Source: a virus (taxonomy: Duplodnaviria; Caudoviricetes). From it: a stretch of DNA of 64,000 nucleotides. Positions 18,852 to 28,632 of this stretch are shown piece after piece. Made by a program: the position numbers and the translations under genes. The notes beneath the pieces are model-generated. The model made no database searches, had not been told where the DNA came from, and saw only the letters and a program-made list of their open reading frames with translations. Position 1 is the first letter of the stretch; the number at the start of each line of letters is the position of its first letter. The stretch lies in IMG/VR virus record IMGVR_UViG_3300006143_000333, positions 1-64,000 of that record; one strand, 5' to 3'.

Positions 18852-19889
18852 ATGAAAATATATGAAAGAAAATCATTCCCACGAACAGCAAGAGATTTAA
18901 AAGTGATGTATGAAAAAGGAAATTTATCTTTTGATAATGCAGTTCAAAGGTCTTTTGTATGGAAAAATACGGCTAAAGATAATCGAATGAGTATGTTGAT
19001 TGATAGTATGATTAGAGGACTTCCAGTACCTCCTATGTATTGTAATTGTATATTTGAAGATATTAAAAATAAAACTTATGACTTTTTGGATGGTAAACAA
19101 CGAGTTACAACCATCGTTAAATTTTTGAAAGATGAATTTCCACTAGTAAATATTCCCACTTTTGAAGACGAAGAAGGAAATGAACAGGACTTTAATGATT
19201 TGGTATATTCTCAATTACCAGAAGATGTTCAAGACACTATAAAGACATATAGTTTAACAGTCTATTATTATGAGAATATGGATCAGGAAGATGCGGAGGA
19301 AATGTTCCGTAGGTTAAATAATGGGAAATCATTGACTGCGATCGAGTTGACTAGAGCTAATGCGATTTCTGGAGAGAAAATCCGTAAGATTGGCAATCAT
19401 AATTTATTTAATATTGCTATGTCTGAAAAATCTTTAGCTTCTTATGCAAATGAGGATGTTGTAATTAAGACATGGATTCTGTTATACAGTGATAAGAAGT
19501 CTTTTGAGACGAGATATGTACGTCCTGTGCTTAAAGATACTGTAATTACTGATGAACAGGTTGATGAGATAAATAAGATATATGATTTGTTGTTGGATCT
19601 ATATGAGAAATTGGCTGATAAAAAGCAGACAAAGATTATTAAGAAAATGTTCAATAAAACAAATTTGATATCATTAGTTTCGGTATTTAAAGAGGGGAAA
19701 GATAAAGAAATTTGTATTGATGAAATGGAAGAATGGATGGTTCGTTTTTATGATACTGGAACAAAAGAAATGTCTTTGAATGATGAATATAATGAAATTG
19801 TAAAAGGAAGAATTGCCGTTACTGAAAATGCGGTTGTGTCAAGAAAGAATATTCTATTGAATAATTTTAAAGAATTTATAAAAGCATAG
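18852..19889 (+). CDS. DUF262 (ParB/GmrS-like) domain protein
   Basis: VQRSFVW, LIDSMIRGLPVPP, DGKQR, FRRLNNG. Confidence 0.85.
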   Translation: MKIYERKSFPRTARDLKVMYEKGNLSFDNAVQRSFVWKNTAKDNRMSMLIDSMIRGLPVPPMYCNCIFEDIKNKTYDFLDGKQRVTTIVKFLKDEFPLVNIPTFEDEEGNEQDFNDLVYSQLPEDVQDTIKTYSLTVYYYENMDQEDAEEMFRRLNNGKSLTAIELTRANAISGEKIRKIGNHNLFNIAMSEKSLASYANEDVVIKTWILLYSDKKSFETRYVRPVLKDTVITDEQVDEINKIYDLLLDLYEKLADKKQTKIIKKMFNKTNLISLVSVFKEGKDKEICIDEMEEWMVRFYDTGTKEMSLNDEYNEIVKGRIAVTENAVVSRKNILLNNFKEFIKA

Positions 19890-20570
19890 ATATAAAAGGA
19901 TTATTTTATTGGGGATTGGAGGATAAGATATGGAATGGAAGGATTTAAGTGATAAAGCAAAAGGAATTTTGGAATGGGTAGAAAATCCATATACAAAAAG
20001 TCGAGAGACAATAGAAATTAAAATTGGAGAAGTTTTTTATAGAAAATGTCCTAAACTTTGTGGAGATTTTGGAGAGCCATTGGGTGATGTAAATATTTTA
20101 GTGACTAAGGAATTATATCAAGAAGTATTGTGTTATGTAACAGAATCAGAAGATATACTATATAAACAATTAGCTGATGGTATAGTTTTTAGATTGAAAG
20201 ATGGCGTGGAAATTTAAGTCTTGAAATGATTGATTTATTGGGAAAATATATTTGATAATAGCGAATAAAAGGAGAATGAAATGGATTTAGTACATGTAAT
20301 TGTTGTATATAATGATGAAGGTAGACTGGAAGATGCAATTGATTTCATAGAAGATAATTTTTCTAAAATTAAGGTTAAAGATTTAAATAAAGCATTGGAT
20401 TGGGCTGATAAAGATCCAAAAGATTACAAGGGGAAATATAACAAAATGAAAGCAATATTGAACTATTTAAGATATGAATATATGAAATAATAGTTTCAAG
20501 TAGAAAATTCGCTTGACCTTACAACTTATAAGTTGTAAAATGAATATAACAAAAGAGAAAGAAGGTCAAA

Positions 20571-20909
20571 ATGGTACTACATCATTATAAATCCAATTCT
20601 GGAAAAGATTTAATTTTGGAGTATGTTAAGTCTTTGCCAGATGATGAAAAGACAGATGGATTTTCAGTATTACAATGTTTACAGAATGATGAAATGGATA
20701 AAATAAAATTCAAACGTTGGGAAAAGAAGGTTTATGAAGTATATTTTTATAAGGACAATCGGATATTTTATGTTGTAGCTGATGGAAAGAATATGTATTT
20801 ACTTCATGCTTGCCGGAAACAGAAGAACCAGACAGAAAAGAAAGATAAGAAGATAGTCATAAAAAGAGCTAAGGAAATCGGAAAACTATTAGGCAAGACT
20901 TTTATATAA
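20571..20909 (+). CDS. higB: RelE/HigB family toxin
   Basis: YEVYF...NRIFY...YLLHACRKQKNQT; upstream of an HTH gene. Confidence 0.75.
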   Translation: MVLHHYKSNSGKDLILEYVKSLPDDEKTDGFSVLQCLQNDEMDKIKFKRWEKKVYEVYFYKDNRIFYVVADGKNMYLLHACRKQKNQTEKKDKKIVIKRAKEIGKLLGKTFI

Positions 20910-20930
20910 TAGTATAATAGATAGTAGGAG

Positions 20931-21236
20931 GTGTTGAATATGCCGTTTGTACAAGTCGATATTGATAAAGAAATAGAAAAACATTGTCAAGAATCTCCGT
21001 CATTTGCTAAAGCATGGAATGAAAGTAGAGAAGAATATAAGTTGATCGGAGAAATGATTAGTTTGCGAAAAGCTGAAAAAATTACCCAAGGTCAATTAGC
21101 TGCTATTACTGGAAGTAAACAGCAGGTCATTTCACGGATTGAGAAAAAAGAGAGCAGTCCTTCTTTGAAGATATTCTGTAATATGCTTAATGCTTTGGGT
21201 TATGAATTACAAATTGTGAAAAAGCAAAATTTATAA
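20931..21236 (+). CDS. higA: HigA-type HTH antitoxin
   Basis: LRKAEKITQGQLAAITGSKQQVISRIE. Confidence 0.75.
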   Translation: MLNMPFVQVDIDKEIEKHCQESPSFAKAWNESREEYKLIGEMISLRKAEKITQGQLAAITGSKQQVISRIEKKESSPSLKIFCNMLNALGYELQIVKKQNL

Positions 21237-21380
21237 AAAATGAGGTTTATATTAAAAGTCGTTGATGGAAACATTGACGGCTTTTAAAATACAACATTTT
21301 AATTGATATTAAAAATAATTGAAAACACTTGACAAGATATCAAAAACATGTATAATGATATATGTAAAGGAGGTAAGAGA

Positions 21381-21539
21381 ATGGCAAGACCGAAAAGATT
21401 TCCTGAAAAATTAGTTGTTGGTCTTACTCCTGAAATGAAGGAATTTCTCCAAAAAGAAGCCGAAAAAGAATGTTGTGACATGAATGTAATTGTAAGAAAA
21501 GCAATAGCGGATTATATGGAGAAAAAGAATGACAACTAA
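21381..21539 (+). CDS. Ribbon-helix-helix (CopG-like) regulator
   Basis: MARPK...LVVGLTPEMKEFL...MNVIVRKAIADYM; AGGAGG RBS. Confidence 0.75.
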   Translation: MARPKRFPEKLVVGLTPEMKEFLQKEAEKECCDMNVIVRKAIADYMEKKNDN

Positions 21540-21642
21540 AAAGAAGTAGCTGCTCAGTCTGGACAACTATCAGCTACTTCCTAACCGCCAAACGCTCAAC
21601 ACGTTGACACTTCTATTATATCAATTCTTTAGAAATAGTCAA
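21538..21642 (-). ncRNA. Putative antisense RNA element B
   Basis: Minus-strand TTGACT-16-TATAAT with TG extension; hairpin GAAGTAGCTG/CAGCTACTTC 21543-21580 plus U-run. Confidence 0.65.
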
Positions 21643-21685
21643 CGGAAAAATCCCATTACGATTGAACCTTGACAACTGAATCCAT

Positions 21686-21746
21686 CCGCAACAGTTCTTA
21701 GCTTGTTCTGTAAGGGGTAATACCATAAATCCCCTGTGAAGTGCGT
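21686..21746 (+). ncRNA. Unrecognised three-way-junction RNA motif, copy 2
   Basis: CGCA/TGCG, ACAG/CTGT with TTAGCT in loop, AGGGG/CCCCT. Confidence 0.6.
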
Positions 21747-22143
21747 TATGGAAAAATAAAGAAAGGATTGGTATAAGTATGAAATATACAGTTAGAGCAA
21801 GTAAAAGCGGTTATGCTGAAATTGAGGCGAATAGCGAAGAAGAAGCATTGGAAAAAGCTTGGTGTGCAGATTATAACTGGGAAGAAGATGTATATGATAT
21901 GGAAATTGTAGACGAGTAGGACATATCTTATACATATATGCGGGCGGTAGTTGTCAAAGGCTATCGCCTGATTACAGAAAGCGTTGATATGAAACGCTTT
22001 CTCTTGTCTTATACTTAACAAGTCAAAGAAAGTAGTGTATAATATATCCAATGAAATTAGATATTTATCGTGCATGGCACAAACAACGTATTGACACAAT
22101 TCTTTTCGAGTAATATAATATTGCAAAGGAAGGAGTTGATATT

Positions 22144-22431
22144 ATGGCAACAACTAATGTAACAATGAGAATGGATGAAGATTTAAAAGCTCAATTACAG
22201 GAGCTTTTAGGCAATATAGGAATGGATATGACTACGTTTTTTGTTATGACCGCAAAACAGGCAATCAGAGAACAGGGATTACCATTTCAACCTACTTTAG
22301 AGGTTCCCAATATGGAAACATTAAAGGCTTTTGCAGAAGTGGAAGTTATGAAGGAACATCCTGAATGTTATAAAAGTTATAACAGTTTTCAAGAATTATT
22401 AAAAGAGGTGGAAGACGAATGTACACAGTAA
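22144..22431 (+). CDS. dinJ: RelB/DinJ family antitoxin
   Basis: TMRMDEDLK...IGMDMTT...REQGLPF...PNMETLKA. Confidence 0.85.
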   Translation: MATTNVTMRMDEDLKAQLQELLGNIGMDMTTFFVMTAKQAIREQGLPFQPTLEVPNMETLKAFAEVEVMKEHPECYKSYNSFQELLKEVEDECTQ

Positions 22432-22691
22432 AAGCCACTAACAGATTTAAAAAGGATTTGAAAACTGTTATAAAAAGAGGGTACAATACAAAAATTATGG
22501 ACGCAGTTATTTCTAATCTTGCAAATGGGAAAGAATTAGATGAAAAATACTGTGATCATAATCTTCATGGAGAATGGGAAGGATGTAGAGAATGTCATGT
22601 GCTTCCAGACTGGCTTTTGATATATAAAATTGATGGAAAAGATTTGATATTATATTTAATGAGAACAGGGAGCCATAGTGACTTGTTCTAA
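22419..22691 (+). CDS. yafQ: YafQ family mRNA interferase
   Basis: FKKDLK...DHNLHG...RECHVLPDWLLIY...RTGSHSDLF. Confidence 0.9.
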   Translation: MYTVKATNRFKKDLKTVIKRGYNTKIMDAVISNLANGKELDEKYCDHNLHGEWEGCRECHVLPDWLLIYKIDGKDLILYLMRTGSHSDLF

Positions 22692-22699
22692 AGAAGAAG

Positions 22700-22921
22700 G
22701 TGATCAGAATTACTATACAACAGAAAATTGATATGGCTTTAACATATTCTAATATGACAAAAACAGAGTTGTCTAAAAAATTAGGATACGCTTCTCCACA
22801 AGCGTTTCAAAAGAGATACACGACTGGGAAATTTACGCTTGAAGAGTTGGAAAAAATAGCAAAGGCACTGGGATGTGAATATAGTTCCTGTTTTAAATAT
22901 TCAGACGGGAAAGAGATTTAA
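22700..22921 (+). CDS. XRE-family HTH regulator
   Basis: MTKTELSKKLGYASPQAF; paralog of 2420-2641, with a similar AAGACTA..TAGTCTTTT terminator. Confidence 0.8.
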   Translation: MIRITIQQKIDMALTYSNMTKTELSKKLGYASPQAFQKRYTTGKFTLEELEKIAKALGCEYSSCFKYSDGKEI

Positions 22922-23079
22922 GACTATCAAAAAAATATTGGTAGTCTTTTCTTTATGCTACAGTTTAAATTAAATAGGATAAAATTAAACCGAAATGGAT
23001 AAAATTATATTGACATAATAAACTAAATAGTTTAAAATGAATCCATAAGATTTATTTGAACCTTGACAACCTCATCAGC

Positions 23080-23133
23080 CCGCAACACTTTCGCTGAGTG
23101 TAAGATGAATTGACAAACATCTGCTAAGTGCGT
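23080..23133 (+). ncRNA. Unrecognised three-way-junction RNA motif, copy 3
   Basis: CGCA/TGCG, ACACT/AGTGT with TTCGCT loop, AGATG/CATCT. Confidence 0.65.
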
Positions 23134-23139
23134 AGTCAT

Positions 23140-23198
23140 TGTTTTAACCTACCGATGCACGTCCAAAGTCGTGAGGAAGAAATTATGGGATGGGAACA
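23140..23198 (+). ncRNA. Twister ribozyme (divergent)
   Basis: P1 TGTTT/GAACA, UAA, P4 CACG/CGTG with loop UCCAAAGU, GA-UGG; both pseudoknots compensated (CCA/UGG, AC/GU); P2 imperfect. Confidence 0.65.
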
Positions 23199-23224
23199 TA
23201 TTACATATTCAAGGAGGTTTCAGT

Positions 23225-24157
23225 ATGAGCACAGTTGTAGCAATGAGTGAAGAAACAAGAAGAATGGAACAATTCAACGACATAGTGGCAAACATCAAGC
23301 CACTTATGACTGTTGGAAAAGGAAAGAATCAGAGGGCGATTACAGGAAGCGCAGTTGTTCCGTTGTCTTGTTGCTTTGTGGATTCTCGGTATCAGGGAAT
23401 GAGGACACACAAGCATTTGAATCGGCTAAAGAATAAATGGGATGAACGAAAATTAACTCCTATTATTTTGGTTCCACATCCAGAAGAATACAGATTTGCA
23501 GTTGTAGATGGTCAAGGAAGATGTCTCGTGGCTCCGGAGAAAGGTATGGATCGTCTGAATGCAATTATCCTAATGGATGCACCTGAAGATCTGAATGAGC
23601 GTCTGAAATTTGAAGCAGAATACTTTATAGGGCAGGATTCAGAAGTGGAAAATGTAAAACCACTTGAAAAGCATCTTTCAAGAGTAATCATCGGTGATAG
23701 TGCTGCTGTTTCTTTGGATAAACTTCTGAACAAATATGGAATTAAGTTTGTGGCAACGAAAGGAAACAGAGAAGAATCGGTGCTTGGAAGTTATACAGAT
23801 ACATATTCGATTGTAAAAGTCCATGGCGAAAAATGTCTTGAGTTTATATTTTCAATTATTGAAAATGCTGGATGGAACAAAGAGACTAATGGTTATGCAA
23901 CTTTTGTTATGAGGGCGTTAAGAGAGGTATGGATTGCTCATGCAATTCATAGAGAGTCAATTCATAGTTTCTTGTCAAGAGAATTAAGACAGATTGATCC
24001 TGCTTTATTTAGTGCAAATGCAAAAACTAAATATCCCAAGCGTGACCATAGAGTTTCATGTGTTTTATATATGGAAGACATGGTGTGTAATGGGTTAAAA
24101 ATTAAGAGAAGGATTTATGTTGACGAAAACGGGAAAAAATGTAAGATAGTTGAGTAA
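23225..24157 (+). CDS. ParB/Srx-like N-terminal domain protein (start corrected from 23171)
   Basis: VDSRYQ...FAVVDGQGR; GGAGG RBS. Confidence 0.65.
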   Translation: MSTVVAMSEETRRMEQFNDIVANIKPLMTVGKGKNQRAITGSAVVPLSCCFVDSRYQGMRTHKHLNRLKNKWDERKLTPIILVPHPEEYRFAVVDGQGRCLVAPEKGMDRLNAIILMDAPEDLNERLKFEAEYFIGQDSEVENVKPLEKHLSRVIIGDSAAVSLDKLLNKYGIKFVATKGNREESVLGSYTDTYSIVKVHGEKCLEFIFSIIENAGWNKETNGYATFVMRALREVWIAHAIHRESIHSFLSRELRQIDPALFSANAKTKYPKRDHRVSCVLYMEDMVCNGLKIKRRIYVDENGKKCKIVE

Positions 24158-24175
24158 ATTAATTGGAGGAACGGT

Positions 24176-25213
24176 ATGAAAATTATAAAGAGTACAGAAA
24201 CATCAGAAACTCATTGGACTGCAAGAAAACTTGTTGAGATGATTAAGGATGAAGAGATTAATTTTAATATTGATATCCAAAGAGGATTTGTATGGAGAAA
24301 TAATGATAAGAGATCTGCATTAATAGGCACTATGATTCGTGGAAAGTCTGTTCCTCCGTTATATTTTAACAAAATTGACAACATATATGAGGGGTCAGAT
24401 GGAAAACAAAGGGCTTTTACAATACTGAAATTTATGAATGACGAGTTTAAGCTAAGTGGATTGGATGAATTTACTGTTGTTAATGATGAAGGGGGAATAG
24501 AAGAAATTGATTTGAATGGTTTGAAGTTTAGTGAATTGGATGAATGCTTTAAAAATGCAATTAAAGAGTATAATTTTATGATTTGTTTCACCGTAGATGC
24601 AGATGCTGATGAGGTGGCAGATACATTTTATAATCTAAATAATGGACAAACACTGAATGCTGCAACAATGAATCGTGTTAAAGCGAAATCCAAGGAACAA
24701 ATTAATAGACTAAGTAAGCATAAAGTTTTCCAGGATTCTTTAAGTAATGTGGCTTTAGAAGGACATGTAAATGACGATTTAGTGGCAAAAGCACATGCTA
24801 TTTTAAACGATGAGGAAGTTTCTACAGATGCGAAATGGATTCGTCCATATATGAGAAAGGCCATTATTACAGACGAAGATGAAATTCTGTTAAATGAAGT
24901 ATTTGATAGAATTTATAATATTCATACATTAATAGATGATAAGAAAATAGCTAAGAGAATTTATGCTAGAACACATATGATTAGTATTGTACCAATTATT
25001 GTGGAATCAATAAATAGCGGATACTCAGATAAGCAGATGATGGAATGGTTTGTAAATTTCTTTTGTGGTAAAAAATCCCCTACAATGTGTAAATCATATA
25101 ATGACGCTGCTGGTAGAGGTACAGGGAAAAATTCTGCTATTAGAAAGAGATTGGAAGAGATTAAAAAGGATTATGATAAGTATTTTGAAAATGTGAAGAC
25201 TTTGGTAAGTTGA
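24176..25213 (+). CDS. DUF262 domain protein
   Basis: IQRGFVW, VPPLY, DGKQR, FYNLNNG; paralog of 18852-19889. Confidence 0.85.
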   Translation: MKIIKSTETSETHWTARKLVEMIKDEEINFNIDIQRGFVWRNNDKRSALIGTMIRGKSVPPLYFNKIDNIYEGSDGKQRAFTILKFMNDEFKLSGLDEFTVVNDEGGIEEIDLNGLKFSELDECFKNAIKEYNFMICFTVDADADEVADTFYNLNNGQTLNAATMNRVKAKSKEQINRLSKHKVFQDSLSNVALEGHVNDDLVAKAHAILNDEEVSTDAKWIRPYMRKAIITDEDEILLNEVFDRIYNIHTLIDDKKIAKRIYARTHMISIVPIIVESINSGYSDKQMMEWFVNFFCGKKSPTMCKSYNDAAGRGTGKNSAIRKRLEEIKKDYDKYFENVKTLVS

Positions 25214-25806
25214 TTTGTGTATTCAATGTCGCATGGTGTTGAATCGTACTCTATACTTTTCTACGAAAAAGAGAAGCAGTTTATAAAATGATTGGAGGAA
25301 AGATTATGATTCTATTTTTACAGTGTATAGTGGTTGCAATGGCATTATTTGTAGTTTTAATAAGCATAAAAGAACGGAAAGTTCCAAAAGGATTAGTAGA
25401 ATGGTTGTTTATTATAGGGGCTTTTATAATTATGATTATTTGGAGAGTTAAATATTAGCTTTGAATTAATCGTTTGATTGGAGGAATATAGTGAGAAAAA
25501 TACTTAGAAATTATAATAAGTCGAAAAGGCTAAAAGGCACATCAGAAGGAAGGTACGGGACAATATTAGGACTAATGGACAAGAATAAAAATTGGTTGGT
25601 AGTTGGAGATGAAGTGAAGTATAGAAAATATCATGGGATTCTTTTATATGAACCCATCCGTAAAGGATATGGAGTTGCATTATTGGATAGTATGTGGTAC
25701 GGGAATGATAAATATGATATCAATTCATATGGAAAATTCGTTGATATTCCTATGGATAATGGTGCAAGGATGGAAATAGAAAAAGTTAGTGAATAGAAGA
25801 TAGAAG

Positions 25807-26835
25807 GTGTATTATATGTGTTATAAAGAAGAAAAGCATAAAAAAATTAATATGCAACTTGAAGAAAAAATGAAAGGAGTTCCTAATTTTATTTCTGATT
25901 TTTTTGATAGGTATAAATCAGCAGCAACAAAAAAATGCAACTGGTCATATATTCGAGATTTATTGCAGTGGCTAGTGGATAAAAGGTATATTACAAAAAA
26001 TGATATAAAGGAAATTGCAAAGGAAGATATGAACCAGATAACAAGCAATCAAATAATAAAATATTTAAATGATCTGAAATTTGGAATTACTAGAAGAAAA
26101 AACTCTCTTGATTCTATTTGTACAAAGAAAAATGTATTTAGTGCATTTTGGAATTATATGTTTATGAATAAATATGTTGATGACAATATAATTCAACAAA
26201 TTCCAGGGCATTTATATAAATCAGAAGTAACCTTGAAAGAAGTGAAAGTTCCAACGGAAGAACAGCTTGAAAAATTTATCTGTAATCTTTATGATGGGAA
26301 CAATAATGAGTTTAATATTATTCGGAATATTGCTATTGTAAAATTGATATTAGGAAGTGGTATAAGATCAGAAGAATTAATAAATCTTGATGTTGAAGAT
26401 TTATTTTTGAATGGAGGAAAAAAGAAAAATGGTCGTGTATCTGAAACTCCATTTATTAATATATTGGGGAAAGGAAAGACGGAGAGATATGATTCTGTTT
26501 ATATATCACAAGAAGCAAAAATATACTTGAAAGATTATTTGAAAAGTAGAGAAATATTTGTTAAAGAAAATAATATTGATGACAAAGCTTTGTTTTTATC
26601 TAATGGAAAAGAGCGGATAAGTAAAGATGTTTTGACTAATTTATTCAAAAGATACAGCGGTGGAAAAATAAATCCACATATGTTGCGGCATTGGGTGGGA
26701 ACTGTACTATATGAAAAAACAAAAGATATCGTATTGGTGCAGAGGCAACTTAGACATGCAAGTTTAGAAACGGCTGCAAAATATTATGTGCATATGAGCG
26801 AGGAAAAAATTGCTAATGCAATTGCTGAATTATAG
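25807..26835 (+). CDS. Tyrosine recombinase (XerS/XerC-like)
   Basis: SGIRSEE (R), GKG (K), HMLRH (HxxR), LRH, KYYVH (Y); N-terminal SAM-like domain, no obvious arm-binding domain. Confidence 0.9.
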   Translation: MYYMCYKEEKHKKINMQLEEKMKGVPNFISDFFDRYKSAATKKCNWSYIRDLLQWLVDKRYITKNDIKEIAKEDMNQITSNQIIKYLNDLKFGITRRKNSLDSICTKKNVFSAFWNYMFMNKYVDDNIIQQIPGHLYKSEVTLKEVKVPTEEQLEKFICNLYDGNNNEFNIIRNIAIVKLILGSGIRSEELINLDVEDLFLNGGKKKNGRVSETPFINILGKGKTERYDSVYISQEAKIYLKDYLKSREIFVKENNIDDKALFLSNGKERISKDVLTNLFKRYSGGKINPHMLRHWVGTVLYEKTKDIVLVQRQLRHASLETAAKYYVHMSEEKIANAIAEL

Positions 26836-26892
26836 ATAATTTGGTTAGTGTAGATAAGACATATATGATATAATAAGAAAGGATAATTAAAC

Positions 26893-27456
26893 ATGTTAAG
26901 AGCGATAGAATTTACGGATAATCGTTTTAAAAAAGAAGAAGATTACAATTTGCTTAGTCCAATATCAAATAATACAATTATCTTGTGTAACAACTATAAA
27001 CTGATGGACTCTCTTGCAAAAGAAATTTTAGATACAGTTAATGGAAATGCAGAATATAATGTTTATGATTGTGACGATGAGGATGTCGAAAATGCAAAAA
27101 TATGGCTATCTTTTGGATTACAGAGAATAATTGACATAAATGGTCAGAAGATTACATTGTCACTGGAACCAGCAATTATATATAAGGCAGACAATATTGA
27201 AGACATATGGATGTTTTGCTATAGCGGAGCAGATGAAATTGAAACATTGCCACCATATCAAGAGTATATTTATCCCGTGTGTATTTTTAAAGGAAGTCGT
27301 AAGGTATGGAAAGATGGCAAAGATGAAATGTATAAGATGATCTGTAATGGAAGATACGGAACATATGATGGGAAGTGGATTGATTTACAAGGGAATCATT
27401 GGAATGAAAAAACTCATAATTGCATATCGAAAGTAAATATGCATTTGAATGATTGA
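26893..27456 (+). CDS. Hypothetical protein
   Basis: Stop codon lies in the spacer of site 27446. Confidence 0.6.
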   Translation: MLRAIEFTDNRFKKEEDYNLLSPISNNTIILCNNYKLMDSLAKEILDTVNGNAEYNVYDCDDEDVENAKIWLSFGLQRIIDINGQKITLSLEPAIIYKADNIEDIWMFCYSGADEIETLPPYQEYIYPVCIFKGSRKVWKDGKDEMYKMICNGRYGTYDGKWIDLQGNHWNEKTHNCISKVNMHLND

Positions 27457-27484
27457 TTTCATTGGAGAAAGAGAGGAAAATATT

Positions 27485-28150
27485 ATGTTTGAAAATTTAG
27501 AGAAACATCCTTGTTATGGAATGTTAGGATTTAGTAGAAGAAGTGGAAGTGTTGGGAGTCCTTTATTTGGAAGTAGTATTCAGCATAGAGACACCATAGT
27601 AATGACATTGAAACACGGGGAATTGGGAAGACACCTTAATAGTGATCATTATTTTGGAAAAGGTATAATAGCTGAAGTAGAAATGAGTTATTCACAATTT
27701 GCCGAAGCAATTACAGCAATGAATATTGGTGATGGAGTCCCATGTACAATAAGATTTACAGAAAAAGATGGATATGTATCAAAACGACCGTTTGTGAGCA
27801 AACAGGAACAGTTTGAACAGGAATTTGCAAATCACTTGGACAATATAAAGAAACAAGCTGCAAATGTCATAAATGAGGTTAAAGAAATTTTTGATAAGAA
27901 ATCTGTTGGAAAAGGTGACAAAGAAGAAATTTTAAAGAAACTTAACAATCTTTCTATGCAAATTGGTACAAATACAGAATTTGTATATAGCCAGTTCAAT
28001 GAGCAGATGGATAAAACGGTTATGGAAGCAAAAGGTGAAATTGAAGCATTCTGCCAGAATAAGATTAACTCTATTGCACAGAGTGCCTTAGTAGAAAACA
28101 GGGATGAGATTTTAAAACTAAAAAATCCAGTTGACATTAAATTAGATTAG
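27485..28150 (+). CDS. Hypothetical phage protein bracketed by sites 27446 and 28155
   Basis: GAGG RBS; LFGSSI..H, EVEMS..QFAE, GVPCT motifs. Confidence 0.7.
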   Translation: MFENLEKHPCYGMLGFSRRSGSVGSPLFGSSIQHRDTIVMTLKHGELGRHLNSDHYFGKGIIAEVEMSYSQFAEAITAMNIGDGVPCTIRFTEKDGYVSKRPFVSKQEQFEQEFANHLDNIKKQAANVINEVKEIFDKKSVGKGDKEEILKKLNNLSMQIGTNTEFVYSQFNEQMDKTVMEAKGEIEAFCQNKINSIAQSALVENRDEILKLKNPVDIKLD

Positions 28151-28182
28151 TGGATGAATACTTGATTTTATTGGAGGTTTTA

Positions 28183-28632
28183 ATGGAAGATAATTATACT
28201 GGCGATATGATTCTGATAGATAGATTATCAGAATTTTATCCTGTTAATAGTTGGTCATGGAATGAAGGCGAGGTTGTAGAACTTGATTACATTGCTTGTG
28301 CAATTCATGAAGGACATCCAGAGGAATCAGAGCCGTTTGGTGATACATGGAAACATCCTTGTATGGAGAATAAATCTACTGAGTGGCATATAGGAAGGAT
28401 TTTATATTTTATAAAACATCCAGAGGAAATTAGAGATATAGAGGTTGATAATCTATACAGTGGAGATTATATTTTCCCTGTACCTTCAATCATTGATGGA
28501 AACCATAGATTCATGGCAGCTATGTGGTTACAGGATCAAGGAAAGATGGAAAAAGTTCATTGTAGATATGGTGGTAGAATGGATTTGTTGGATTATCTGG
28601 TTGGGAAAACTGATGTGTGCCCTGATGAATAG
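28183..28632 (+). CDS. Small ParB/Srx-like protein
   Basis: IIDGNHRFMAA. Confidence 0.55.
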   Translation: MEDNYTGDMILIDRLSEFYPVNSWSWNEGEVVELDYIACAIHEGHPEESEPFGDTWKHPCMENKSTEWHIGRILYFIKHPEEIRDIEVDNLYSGDYIFPVPSIIDGNHRFMAAMWLQDQGKMEKVHCRYGGRMDLLDYLVGKTDVCPDE

